64,000 nt of DNA from Pseudomonadota bacterium (GTDB taxonomy: Bacteria > Pseudomonadota > Gammaproteobacteria > Burkholderiales > JAKAFK01), in contig JAKAFK010000004.1 in assembly GCA_021817985.1 (NCBI GenBank), positions 13,505-77,504 on the forward strand. The letters run 5' to 3'. This document shows, piece after piece, positions 47,001 through 56,387 of the stretch (within the stretch, counting starts at the first letter, position 1; the number at the start of each line of letters is the position of its first letter). A model generated the notes under the pieces. The model searched no databases, was not told the origin of the DNA, and saw only the letters and a list, made by a program, of their open reading frames with translations. The position numbers were made by a program, and so were the translations under genes.

Positions 47001-49139
47001 TTATTGCTCCGCGCGGGACAACTCGATGGCGATGCGACTCACCTCAAGGATTTCGTCGAAAGGGATGGGCGCGTCGATTCCGTTTCGCACCGACGCCAGG
47101 AAGGCGCCGGCACAAGCCTTCTGCCCTTTGTCCTGGCGCCACAGCCGCATGCGCGAGAAGCCTGACCAGCCAAAGCCTCGCAAAACCCTAAAATTGTCGA
47201 GTTGGAGCACCCGCCCCCCCGCGAAGACCTCGATGCGTTCCTTGGGGAAGGACTTGGGGCCATTGGCGAAGTAATGGACGGTACCGATCGACCCGTCGGC
47301 AAACCGAAGTTGCAAGGTCACGGTGTCCTGGGTCTGCGAGCTCATCCCCATGCGGCTCCAGGCGACGATCCGTTCTCCCGCGAGATGGCGCAGGAGGTCG
47401 ATGAAATGGCAGGCTTCGCCGACGATCCGTCCACCGCCGGTGGCCGCGTCCTGCGTCCAGTGATCCGGCGGGATGGCGCCTGCATTCACCGTCGCAACGA
47501 ACGACTTCGAGCCGGATATGCCCTCCAGCAACGCCTTCATGCGCGCCACCAGGGGGCTGAAGCGCCGATTGAAACCCACCATCACGACGCGCGCGCCGGG
47601 ACCCACACCTTGCACAGCACACTCCGCCTCGATCTCCTCCAGTTCCTCCAGCGTCAGGCAGAGCGGTTTCTCCACGAACACGTGCTTGCCCGCGCGCAAG
47701 GCCGCCACGATCCAGCGGGCGTGGCTGTCGTGGCGCGTGGTGATCACGGCCGCATCGACCAGACGATCGGAGAGCGCATGAAGCGCATCCGTCGTCGTTT
47801 CCTCGAAGCCGAACTTGCGACCGGCGTGAAGCCCGCTTACCCCCGCGCTCGAGGCCACCACGCGAAGACGCGCGCCGGCCGCCTTGAATGCCGGAATAAG
47901 GGCGGCGGTCGCATAGTTTCCCGAGCCGACGAAGGCGAGCGAGGGAGCGCTTCCCTGCGCGGGAGAAATAACGGTCACGCCGGCCAGAGGCACGGTTTGT
48001 CGCCTGACATCCGCATCCGGGCGGCTTTGCGTGTCGGGATACTGCAGCAGAATCCCCAGGGAGAATTCCTGCCCGCCCACCAGTTCATACGCCTTGACCG
48101 CCTCCTCGATGGCAAACCGGTGGGAGATCAAAGGTTTCACGTCAAGGCGCCCGTCGGCCATCATGTCCAGGACGGCTTCTAAGTTGCGACCTTCGGTCCA
48201 GCGGACGAAGCCGACCGGATAATCCTGTCCCTTCTCCTCGTAGTTGGGGTCATAGCGCCCCGGCCCGTAAGAGCAGGACACCTGGAAAGTCAGTTCCTTC
48301 TCGAAAAAATCGGCGCGGGAGAGCTCGAGCCCGGTGACTCCCACCAGCACGATGCGCCCGCGCTTGCGGCACATCGTCGCCGCTTGGTGCATGGGCTCGC
48401 TGCTTTTGGTGGATGCCGTGATGATGACGGCATCCACGCCGCGCCCGCGCGAGAAGCGCTCCGCCGCAGCAAGCGGGTCTTCTCCCGCATGCAGGTCCAC
48501 CACCTCTGCACCGAATGCGCGCGCCAGCCCGAGCTTGCGCGGGTCGAAGTCCAGCCCCAGCACGCGGCAGCCGTGCGCGCGAAGGAGCTGCACGGTCACG
48601 AGCCCGATCAGGCCGAGCCCGGTCACCACCACCGCCTCTCCCAGCGTCGGCTGCACCAGCCGAATGCCCTGCAAGGCAATGGCCGAAAGCACCGTGAAGG
48701 CAGCCTCGTCGTCGCTCACGCCCTTCGGCACCCGCGCGCACAGATTTTGCGGGACCCGGACCGCTTCGGCGTGCTTGCCGTTGGAAACGACCCGATCGCC
48801 CGTCCGCAACGACGCCACGCCGCCGCCGACATCCATGATCCGCCCGACGTTGCAATAACCCAAAGGCAACGGCTGGTCCAGTTTGTTGAATACCGCCTCG
48901 ACGGTCGGCATGAGGCCGTCGGTTCTGATCTTGTCCAGGACCATGCGCACCTTGTCCGGCTGCTGCCTGGCCTTATCGATCCAGTTCGCCTTGCCGAACT
49001 CCACCAGCATCCGTTCCGTGCCGGCCGATACCAGGGTGCGCGACGACCGAATGAGCACCTGCCCGCGCGCCGCTCCCGGACAGGGCACTTCCGCCACTTC
49101 CGTCGCGCCGGTCCTAAGGCTCTGCAAGATTTGCTTCAA
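47001..49139 (-). CDS. Bi-domain oxidoreductase (Zn-ADH-like plus Gfo/Idh/MocA) of polysaccharide clusters
   Basis: SAGTERML, PLGYCNVG, GLGLIG, SYGPGRYD, EKPL, GFNRRF; TTG start with GGAGG RBS. Confidence 0.9.
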   Translation of the reverse strand: MKQILQSLRTGATEVAEVPCPGAARGQVLIRSSRTLVSAGTERMLVEFGKANWIDKARQQPDKVRMVLDKIRTDGLMPTVEAVFNKLDQPLPLGYCNVGRIMDVGGGVASLRTGDRVVSNGKHAEAVRVPQNLCARVPKGVSDDEAAFTVLSAIALQGIRLVQPTLGEAVVVTGLGLIGLVTVQLLRAHGCRVLGLDFDPRKLGLARAFGAEVVDLHAGEDPLAAAERFSRGRGVDAVIITASTKSSEPMHQAATMCRKRGRIVLVGVTGLELSRADFFEKELTFQVSCSYGPGRYDPNYEEKGQDYPVGFVRWTEGRNLEAVLDMMADGRLDVKPLISHRFAIEEAVKAYELVGGQEFSLGILLQYPDTQSRPDADVRRQTVPLAGVTVISPAQGSAPSLAFVGSGNYATAALIPAFKAAGARLRVVASSAGVSGLHAGRKFGFEETTTDALHALSDRLVDAAVITTRHDSHARWIVAALRAGKHVFVEKPLCLTLEELEEIEAECAVQGVGPGARVVMVGFNRRFSPLVARMKALLEGISGSKSFVATVNAGAIPPDHWTQDAATGGGRIVGEACHFIDLLRHLAGERIVAWSRMGMSSQTQDTVTLQLRFADGSIGTVHYFANGPKSFPKERIEVFAGGRVLQLDNFRVLRGFGWSGFSRMRLWRQDKGQKACAGAFLASVRNGIDAPIPFDEILEVSRIAIELSRAEQ

Positions 49140-49437
49140 GTATCCTCCCGCTCGAACAGCGCAGCCGATGGGGCGTATGTCGGAGAACGTCGACTGTAGA
49201 CTTCTGCACGCGCCCGCCGCGATCCTTCCCGTTATAGATGATTTTTCTTGTTTTCTCCGTGATCGCACCTGGGCGACAGCCGGCTCCCGCCCGACACGCG
49301 AGCATGGAAAACGGGCCACACGGGGGCCGGTTAGACGGGAAAAAACCGTCGATATCTGGGTCGGCGCGGGTCGCGCACATTTTCGGAAACGCGCAGGCCG
49401 CAGGGTGCGGCAAGCCGTGTCGCGCCTCGCGCAGCAG

Positions 49438-49524
49438 CGTCGAATTTTTTTACAACGGCGCGCGCGCCCTACGGGCCAATACCTTTCCTATCCGCGGATT
49501 AGACCATCGGGCCCGGTTCTTGCT
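49438..49524 (+). promoter_or_regulatory. 17-bp enhancer and sigma-54 promoter
   Basis: CGTCGAATTTTTTTACA (49438-49454) and GGGCCC-GGTTC-TTGC (49509-49523). Confidence 0.7.
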
Positions 49525-49594
49525 GTCCCCGTCTACGCGCGCCGCGGGAGGCGCTGCGCTTCCAAACACATCAACTAAACGGAGAAGACAAGTC

Positions 49595-50344
49595 ATGACA
49601 AGAAGACGGCTGGGAACGAAGAGGATCTGCACGATCGCCCTAATGTGTGCCGCAGCGGGAGGGACGGCACAGGCTCACGCATCAACCGCCATAGGCCTCG
49701 ACCCGATCCTGAATTTCAATTTCAATGGCAGTTTCAGCATGTACGATTCGACCGGCGCATTGGTCGGCGGGGACAATACGCTTTCCGGAAGCATACATCT
49801 GGACACCGCAACCTTCGGCGGCACTGCGACCATGTCGGATCCATCGCCGTTTTTCGGCTCCCACTGGTACGCGCATGATATCCAAATATCGGCCACGCCC
49901 GACCTCGCCAACGGCAGTTTTTTAGCGAACTCCCACATGCTGTTCGACTGGGGACCGGCAACGACGGCGACCTCGTGCGGTGTTGCGGTCTGCGATTACA
50001 GCATCTACACCCAATTCCAGATTGCGCCTACGGTCAATTTGCACCTTGCGTCGTGGACCAGCCTGACAAGCGGCACGCCGTTCAACGTCACCACCACCGA
50101 CGCGGACGGCGACGGGATTCCCGGAAACCAGATCACGTACGGTCCATTCAAGGGATTCTCGCCCGCGTTTGACGGCACCGCCACGTTTCAAGCGATAAGC
50201 CTCGGCTACATCGCGAATGACAACATACCGCCCGTCGATCCTACCCCTCTGCCAGGCACGGCGCTGCTCCTCGGGTCTGGGCTCCTGGGCATGGTGAGCG
50301 TCGCCCGCACACGCAAAGCTTCGCTGAGGCGCGCAAGCGCGTAG
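49595..50344 (+). CDS. Secreted PEP/VPLPA-CTERM surface protein
   Basis: Signal peptide ..AQAHA, DADGDGIPG, tail PTPLPGTALLLGSGLLGMVSVARTRK. Confidence 0.85.
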   Translation: MTRRRLGTKRICTIALMCAAAGGTAQAHASTAIGLDPILNFNFNGSFSMYDSTGALVGGDNTLSGSIHLDTATFGGTATMSDPSPFFGSHWYAHDIQISATPDLANGSFLANSHMLFDWGPATTATSCGVAVCDYSIYTQFQIAPTVNLHLASWTSLTSGTPFNVTTTDADGDGIPGNQITYGPFKGFSPAFDGTATFQAISLGYIANDNIPPVDPTPLPGTALLLGSGLLGMVSVARTRKASLRRASA

Positions 50345-50562
50345 TCCCCAACGGGAGCGTGTCGCCATCCACAACACGCCCCAAAGGGCCCCATTTTTTT
50401 CCGCTGCGCCCCCTATGCTGCCTCGGGCGGGGCGGTCTCCCGGGCGTCCTCATCTCTCCGAGCGGCGGCTTGAACATCTTCGCTTTTGACGTCCGATTTC
50501 TCGCTTGACGCGACGACATGGCCGCGACAGATGACCTAATAGGGAGCATGTCAACAACATGC

Positions 50563-50657
50563 CGTCGGCTTTCTTTACACAATCGAGCGTCATCCTCTGC
50601 ATCATTATATTAATACTCTCTAAATCATGCAGATAGATGGCTGGCATTTTTTTTGCT
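50563..50657 (+). promoter_or_regulatory. 17-bp enhancer and sigma-54 promoter
   Basis: CGTCGGCTTTCTTTACA (50563-50579) and TGGCAT-TTTTT-TTGC (50642-50656), with an AT-rich IHF-like spacer. Confidence 0.78.
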
Positions 50658-50742
50658 GATCGATAGCGGCCAATTTAATCCGGCATGGTTAGGACGCGCA
50701 AATGCGACTGTAAGAGTCACCACTGGAGAACAGGAGAGCGCA

Positions 50743-51423
50743 ATGATCAGAGAATGGATGACAACGAGAAGACGTTGGGAGGCAATCGCGACGTGCAGTT
50801 TGTGCCTGTTCGCGGCCAAAGCGCATGCCTCGTCGGCGTTCGGCACCCTGCCCGTCGGGCAGGTCGATGTCGGCACTTCGGCGGTGGCCGAATGGAAACA
50901 CGGGAGCCACCCGATCCTCGCCGACTGGGACATGTTTTCCGACCGCTTCGCCTCCCGTATGGAGCATCGCGAAGCGGAGCGGATCGCTTACGACACGGGC
51001 ATGCCCATCGGGGATCTCGCGGAAGGCAGGTGGAGCTTGCTCAAGCGCTGGACAACATGGAGTATGCCATGCCATAGCGAAGATTGCCGAGGTGACGCCG
51101 ACACGCGCACCGGAACCGCCTCGTGGCTTGCGTGGGACCTCGCGCGATGGAACGGCATGCCTGACGAGGCGCGCTTCGCATTTCGCCTGGCGCAGAGTCG
51201 ATGGGAGCACCTGTCGGATGATCCGCTTGCGCGTCCCCCCATCCGATGGCTCGTCCCAGGATGGCTCAGCGGCCGGATCACCGTGGGACTTGTGAGGCTT
51301 GACCGGATTGCCGACCGATCACCTTCCGTCGACCCCGTCCCGATCCCTGAGCCGCTCACGCTATTGGGTTCAGGACTGCTTGGACTGGTCGGATTCGCGC
51401 GCAGGCGCCGCCCACGCCCTTAG
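50743..51423 (+). CDS. PEP-CTERM protein with Trp-rich core
   Basis: Signal peptide ..AKAHA; tail PVPIPEPLTLLGSGLLGLVGFARRRR. Confidence 0.78.
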   Translation: MIREWMTTRRRWEAIATCSLCLFAAKAHASSAFGTLPVGQVDVGTSAVAEWKHGSHPILADWDMFSDRFASRMEHREAERIAYDTGMPIGDLAEGRWSLLKRWTTWSMPCHSEDCRGDADTRTGTASWLAWDLARWNGMPDEARFAFRLAQSRWEHLSDDPLARPPIRWLVPGWLSGRITVGLVRLDRIADRSPSVDPVPIPEPLTLLGSGLLGLVGFARRRRPRP

Positions 51424-51532
51424 GGTATCTTCCGCTGTCCGCCTGTGGGCGGACAGCACCGCTCGGGCACCCCCATCAAACAACGGCTGGCCTCTGGTTT
51501 GGCGAGCCATTCGCGTCGCCACAGGCAGGCGA

Positions 51533-52270
51533 TCATCCTGGCGTGGGGACCGGAGGGCTCTCGACTTTCCGGCAGGCGAACACGACAAGACTGTCCCCAT
51601 AGCGCGTCAACCCAAGCATTCGCATGGCCCTGCCGAACCACCCGATGGCGCCATAGAAATGGGTGTCCAGGACCTCTAGCGAATGATGGGCCAGCATGCC
51701 TTTGAAGGCAGCCTCTGTCGTGACGGTTTTGACGCACCCATAATACTTCGGAAAACCAAACAAACGGTAAGTCCATCGCTCAAGCGTCCTGTAGAGACTT
51801 TGCCCATTGGGCATCGAAACCAGCAATACGCCTCCGCGCCTTAAGGACGACGAGATGAACGCCAGGTCGTGGCCGAGCTGGCCGGAATACTCCAGCACGC
51901 TCGAGCACAACAGCAGATCCACGAGCGGCAACCCTAAGCTGGGCGCCTCTTCGAGGGTAGAATGCACAAAGCGGATATTGTCCGCGCGTTCATGCTCCGC
52001 CTTCCGTGTCGCAAGAACAAGCATCTGGTCGCTGCCGTCCAGCGCGATGACTTGGGCGGTCCTCTTTGCGGCATAGGTTGCGAAGATTCCGCTACCACAG
52101 CCCAGATCGAGCACGACATCACCGCGGGCGCTGAATCGATCGATAAGACCCGTCCACAGCGCATAACGCTCCTGAAATGCAGGACTCCCCCGGTATTTCG
52201 AGTCAAAAGCCGAAGCGATGTCCGAGTGCCACTGGATCGCGTCTCGGCTGGCAAGCGTCTTGGCGGTCAT
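51533..52270 (-). CDS. Class I SAM-dependent methyltransferase
   Basis: VLDLGCGSG, CSSVLEY, GGVLLVSMPN. Confidence 0.85.
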   Translation of the reverse strand: MTAKTLASRDAIQWHSDIASAFDSKYRGSPAFQERYALWTGLIDRFSARGDVVLDLGCGSGIFATYAAKRTAQVIALDGSDQMLVLATRKAEHERADNIRFVHSTLEEAPSLGLPLVDLLLCSSVLEYSGQLGHDLAFISSSLRRGGVLLVSMPNGQSLYRTLERWTYRLFGFPKYYGCVKTVTTEAAFKGMLAHHSLEVLDTHFYGAIGWFGRAMRMLGLTRYGDSLVVFACRKVESPPVPTPG

Positions 52271-52280
52271 GCCCCTTTCC

Positions 52281-54662
52281 TCATAGGTGCGCCAGCAGCG
52301 CCTTGGCCTGTGCCGCGCCCGGAAACTGCGCGCCATCGGCAAGTGCCGCGCGCAAGTGCGCTTTGGCCATGGTTCGGTTGCCTTCATCGTAGTAGGCAAG
52401 CCCTAGGTGGTACTGGAAAATGGAGATCTTCGGCGCCGCCGCGACGGAACGCTGGAGGAGCGCAATCGCGCGCCCATACTGCCCCATCTTCACATAGACC
52501 CAGCCGAGCGTGTCCACGAAACCCGCATTGCCGCTGTTCTGGAAGGGCGCGGCGAGTGCCAGCGCTTGCCGCAGGCTTGCGGGATCCCCCTTTGCGCTGG
52601 TGAGGAGCGCGGCCAGATTATTGGCCGCCAGTGGCTCGCCTGGGAAACGCTTGAGTATGCCTTCATACGCGTGGATGGCTTGAGCGCTCTGTCCGGCCGC
52701 CCCATACGCCTGGGCAAGCGACATCGACAGCGCCGGATTGTCCGGTTGTACGCGCAAGCCTTGCTCCAGAATGGCGACCGCGTCGGTCATGCGTCCCTCG
52801 CTGGCGTCGAGCTGCGCAAGCGCCTGATAGGGTGCCGGCGTGCGCGGGCTCAAGGCCATCGCTTGGCGCAGCGCCGCCTGGGATGCCGCAAACTGCTTGT
52901 CCGCCATTTCCAGCATGCCGAGCAGTTCGTAATGGCGCGCGCTCTTCGGCGCGACGCGAATCGCCTGCGCGACGCGCGCGATGGCTTGCTGGGCATGCCC
53001 CTGCGCCAGCAGAATCCGGGTCAGCGCCGCCAGCGGTGGAAAGGCGCCGGGATCTTGCTCCAATGCGAGCGCAAAGGCCGAAAGTGCCTGATCCGCTTCC
53101 TGGCGTTGCGCATAGAAAATACCCAGCTGATAATTGCCGACGTAGGCTGCGGGGTGCGCATTCCGCCAGCCGATAAGGGCTTGCTGGGCGGCCTGGTAGT
53201 CCTTCTCGCCCATCAGCAGGGCGATCTTCTTCTGAAAAACGCCCAGATTGTCGGGTTCGTTCTTGAGGACCGCATTCAACTGATCGAGGGCGCCGGAATC
53301 GTGCTTCGTCGCCTCAAGAAAGTCGGCCATAGCGACACGAATGGCGGCATCATCAGGATAGGCCGCGAGCGCGTTGGTAAAGACAGCCCGGGCGAGTTGC
53401 GGCTCGCCGTTGGCCAGATGGGCCCTGGCCAGCAGCGTGAGGACTTCGGGTGAGTTCGGTTCCTCCTTCAAAACCGATCGGAAATCGTCTACCGCGTCCA
53501 GTGCATCGTTGTGGGCGAGCCGCATCTCGCCCTGCAGCAGGAGCGCATCGATATTGCCGGCGTCGTGCGTCAGAACCGCTTTGAGAAGTTTGTCCGCTTG
53601 CGCGCTCTTCCCTTGCGCATTCTCCAACTCGGCGAGCATGGTCGATGCCTTGAGCCCTGCCGGGCCGTCGCGGTCGGCGTGGATGACGCGCCGCAACGTC
53701 GCTTGCGCCTCGTCGGGCCTCCCCATCTGGCGTTCGAGGCTCGCCAGGGCAAAGCTCAGGTCGTAGACCTTCGGGTGCGCGCCCACCGCGCCGGCCAGCA
53801 TTCGAGCCGCGGCCGGCAGGCCCTCCTGGGACCCCAGGAAGGAGGCCAGCAAGAGGTAGGGCTGCGGATCGTCAGGCGTCTGCGCGATGGCCTGCCGGAG
53901 CGTGGCCTTGGCCTGAGCCGGATGCTCCGTGCGGGCATAGAAGGCGGCGAGGGCCGCACGATACGACAGATCCTTCGGGGCGATGGCGATGGCGGCCCGG
54001 TAGGCCTGCTCGGCCTGAGCCCATTGTCCGGCGCCTCCGGCCACCAAGGCGTAATCCTCGCGCAGCGCGGCATCTTGCGGGCTCGCCTTGATGCCCTGTC
54101 CGAGCACGGCCTCGGCGCGCGGCGTATCGTGCTGTTCGCCATAGAGTTGGGCGAGCAGAACCACCGCGTCGGCTTCGGACGGATCCTCGCCCACCACCTG
54201 GGCAAGCTCCCGGATTGCGGCCGCGCCATGCCCCTGGCGCACCGCCACGGCCGCATCGAGCGTGCGTCCCGCAGGATCGCTCGGTCGCGCGCGCAAAACG
54301 GCCTTCGCGAGCTTGCCTGCGTGGGCAGCATCGCCCGCGAACAGATAGAGTTCGCCCAAATGCACCTCGGCGTCGATGTCGCCGGGGTCGAGTTCGACCG
54401 CCTTGCGGTAGTCCGCGAAGGCCAGCGACCAATTCTGCTCGGCTTGCGCGACCAGCCCCGAATAGTAGAATCCTGGCACGCTCTTGGGATCGATTTGCAG
54501 CACGTTTTCGAATTCCACCCGCGCCTTGCCATACTGGTGGCGGGCATAGAAGGCCTTGCCTCTTTTCAGATGCGCCGCTTCGCTCATTCCCCTCCCGCAC
54601 CCCGCGAGCACGGCACATCCAACCAACGCAAGCACAACCCCCTTAGGCGCTAAGATCCTCAT
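52281..54662 (-). CDS. TPR-repeat lipoprotein of PEP-CTERM/exosortase systems (PrsT-like)
   Basis: Lipobox LAGC, many TPRs, NNLAALL..DTLGWVY..YHLGLAY C-terminus; RBS GGAGGGG. Confidence 0.85.
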   Translation of the reverse strand: MRILAPKGVVLALVGCAVLAGCGRGMSEAAHLKRGKAFYARHQYGKARVEFENVLQIDPKSVPGFYYSGLVAQAEQNWSLAFADYRKAVELDPGDIDAEVHLGELYLFAGDAAHAGKLAKAVLRARPSDPAGRTLDAAVAVRQGHGAAAIRELAQVVGEDPSEADAVVLLAQLYGEQHDTPRAEAVLGQGIKASPQDAALREDYALVAGGAGQWAQAEQAYRAAIAIAPKDLSYRAALAAFYARTEHPAQAKATLRQAIAQTPDDPQPYLLLASFLGSQEGLPAAARMLAGAVGAHPKVYDLSFALASLERQMGRPDEAQATLRRVIHADRDGPAGLKASTMLAELENAQGKSAQADKLLKAVLTHDAGNIDALLLQGEMRLAHNDALDAVDDFRSVLKEEPNSPEVLTLLARAHLANGEPQLARAVFTNALAAYPDDAAIRVAMADFLEATKHDSGALDQLNAVLKNEPDNLGVFQKKIALLMGEKDYQAAQQALIGWRNAHPAAYVGNYQLGIFYAQRQEADQALSAFALALEQDPGAFPPLAALTRILLAQGHAQQAIARVAQAIRVAPKSARHYELLGMLEMADKQFAASQAALRQAMALSPRTPAPYQALAQLDASEGRMTDAVAILEQGLRVQPDNPALSMSLAQAYGAAGQSAQAIHAYEGILKRFPGEPLAANNLAALLTSAKGDPASLRQALALAAPFQNSGNAGFVDTLGWVYVKMGQYGRAIALLQRSVAAAPKISIFQYHLGLAYYDEGNRTMAKAHLRAALADGAQFPGAAQAKALLAHL

Positions 54663-54739
54663 CAACTTCCCCTCCAGTATTTTTGCCATACGCATGTCCA
54701 ATCCTTGCATCCGGCCGGCGGCCCCGAATGCGCGCACCG

Positions 54740-56377
54740 TCAGCTCGACAGCAACCACCTGGCGACCACCCCTAACAGCGTGACATAGGACACCAGGCGC
54801 AGGCAGTCCCACCGCCGCCAGATATGGTTCAAGATCAATTCGACCCCATAGAACAACACGATCACCTTGGCGACGGCAGCTCCCAAGTGAATATGGCCGG
54901 CATGCAAGGCAGGCAGGTTGGGAACCGCCAAGGCCAGGAAGATCACCAGGAAATCGAGCGGCGTGACCTGAAAGCGATCCCCGCTGGAAAAGCGGAACCC
55001 CACCAGGATCGCCGCCGCCAGCAAGGCAATATAGATGTTCTCGTACAACGCCACAGGCATCGAGCCCCCTGCCGTTTGCGGAAGATGGACCACGAGGACG
55101 CACGTGACATACAGCACCGCGCGCTCGATGGCGCCAAACGGCTTTCGCCGCTGTCTCGGATAAAGAACGAGCGAAACCGCCGCCAGGGCCGCCGCAAGCT
55201 CGCCCATGCCGGTCGAAATGGGCGCGGCCTGGGCGACGGCGAGGATGAAGTAGCCCGGGAGCGTGAAAGCGGCAAAGAAGAACGCATAATTGGATATCCG
55301 TCTTCGCTGTCCCAGCCACAGTACATTGCGCTCAAGGAAGGACACGGGCCGTGGCCCACCGAGAGGGCGGGCTCGCCAACGAGCGGTCGCCGCCCATTGG
55401 AAGAAGACGATGACACCAACGCAAAAGCCAACATAGGTTCCAACGATGAGAGAATCAGGGTCATCGCGCAGGAAGAGTGCAGCCACGACCAGCAGCGCCT
55501 GCACCACGTAGATCAGGAAGACCGCCTCGTAATGGTCAAATCCCAGGGCCAGCAACTGATGGTGAATGTGCCGTTTGTCGGGCGAGAAGGGTGATTTCCC
55601 ATCGCAGATGCGCAGCACCATCACCATCAGCGTATCGAGGATCGGCAACCCCAGCAGCATCGCGGGGATGGCGGGGCTCAAGGGAGTGTCGGGCCGCTGT
55701 GTGAGCATAATGGCCAGGACCCCCGTGGAAAAGCCGAGAAACTGGCTTCCGCCGTCACCCATGAAGATGCGCGCCGGATAGGTGTTGAAGCGCAGGAAGC
55801 CCAGGATGCTGCCCATGACCGCAAGTGCCACCACCATCAGGGCATAGGCATCCACAATATAGGCGAGCGCGGCCACCGCCATCAGGCTGAGCAAGGTGGT
55901 TCCGCCCGCGAGGCCATCGAGGCCATCGGCGAGATTGATGGCGTTCGTGATCCCGACGAGCGAGAACACGGTCAAGGGGATCGAGGCATAGGGAGGCAGC
56001 CTGGATGACTCCATGAACGGCACCGAATGGATCGCCACACCACCGTAGAGGACGACGATCAGAATGGCAATCAGCTGCCCGAGAAACTTGAGCCGGTAGT
56101 CCAGGTTCTTGCGATCATCCCAGACGCCGAACATCAGGATGATCGCGGTGCCCCACAGGTAGGCACTGACCTCCCGGGATGCGGCGAGCCAGAGGGCGAC
56201 TGGCAGCACGGCGCCGGCCGCCATCGCCAAGCCCCCGATGCGCGGAATCGGCCGCGTGTGGACCTTCCGCTCGTCCGGCACATCGACGAACCGCAGCCAC
56301 TCCGCCGAGCGCATCAGGGGAGGGATCAACGCCATGGTGACAAACATGGCGCTGATGAAGCTGGCGAAATAAATCAC
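54740..56377 (-). CDS. WecA/MraY-family undecaprenyl-phosphate sugar-1-phosphate transferase with extra C-terminal membrane domain
   Basis: RKVH..PIPRIGG, GVWDD, NAINLADGLDGL, IFMGDGGS, DKRHIHH. Confidence 0.9.
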   Translation of the reverse strand: MIYFASFISAMFVTMALIPPLMRSAEWLRFVDVPDERKVHTRPIPRIGGLAMAAGAVLPVALWLAASREVSAYLWGTAIILMFGVWDDRKNLDYRLKFLGQLIAILIVVLYGGVAIHSVPFMESSRLPPYASIPLTVFSLVGITNAINLADGLDGLAGGTTLLSLMAVAALAYIVDAYALMVVALAVMGSILGFLRFNTYPARIFMGDGGSQFLGFSTGVLAIMLTQRPDTPLSPAIPAMLLGLPILDTLMVMVLRICDGKSPFSPDKRHIHHQLLALGFDHYEAVFLIYVVQALLVVAALFLRDDPDSLIVGTYVGFCVGVIVFFQWAATARWRARPLGGPRPVSFLERNVLWLGQRRRISNYAFFFAAFTLPGYFILAVAQAAPISTGMGELAAALAAVSLVLYPRQRRKPFGAIERAVLYVTCVLVVHLPQTAGGSMPVALYENIYIALLAAAILVGFRFSSGDRFQVTPLDFLVIFLALAVPNLPALHAGHIHLGAAVAKVIVLFYGVELILNHIWRRWDCLRLVSYVTLLGVVARWLLSS

Positions 56378-56387
56378 CGCGTCCGCC

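Noticed and set aside
52281-55319. 1012-aa version of the TPR protein
   Set aside because: The first ~220 codons overlap wecA in another frame; the lipoprotein signal and RBS place the start at 54662.
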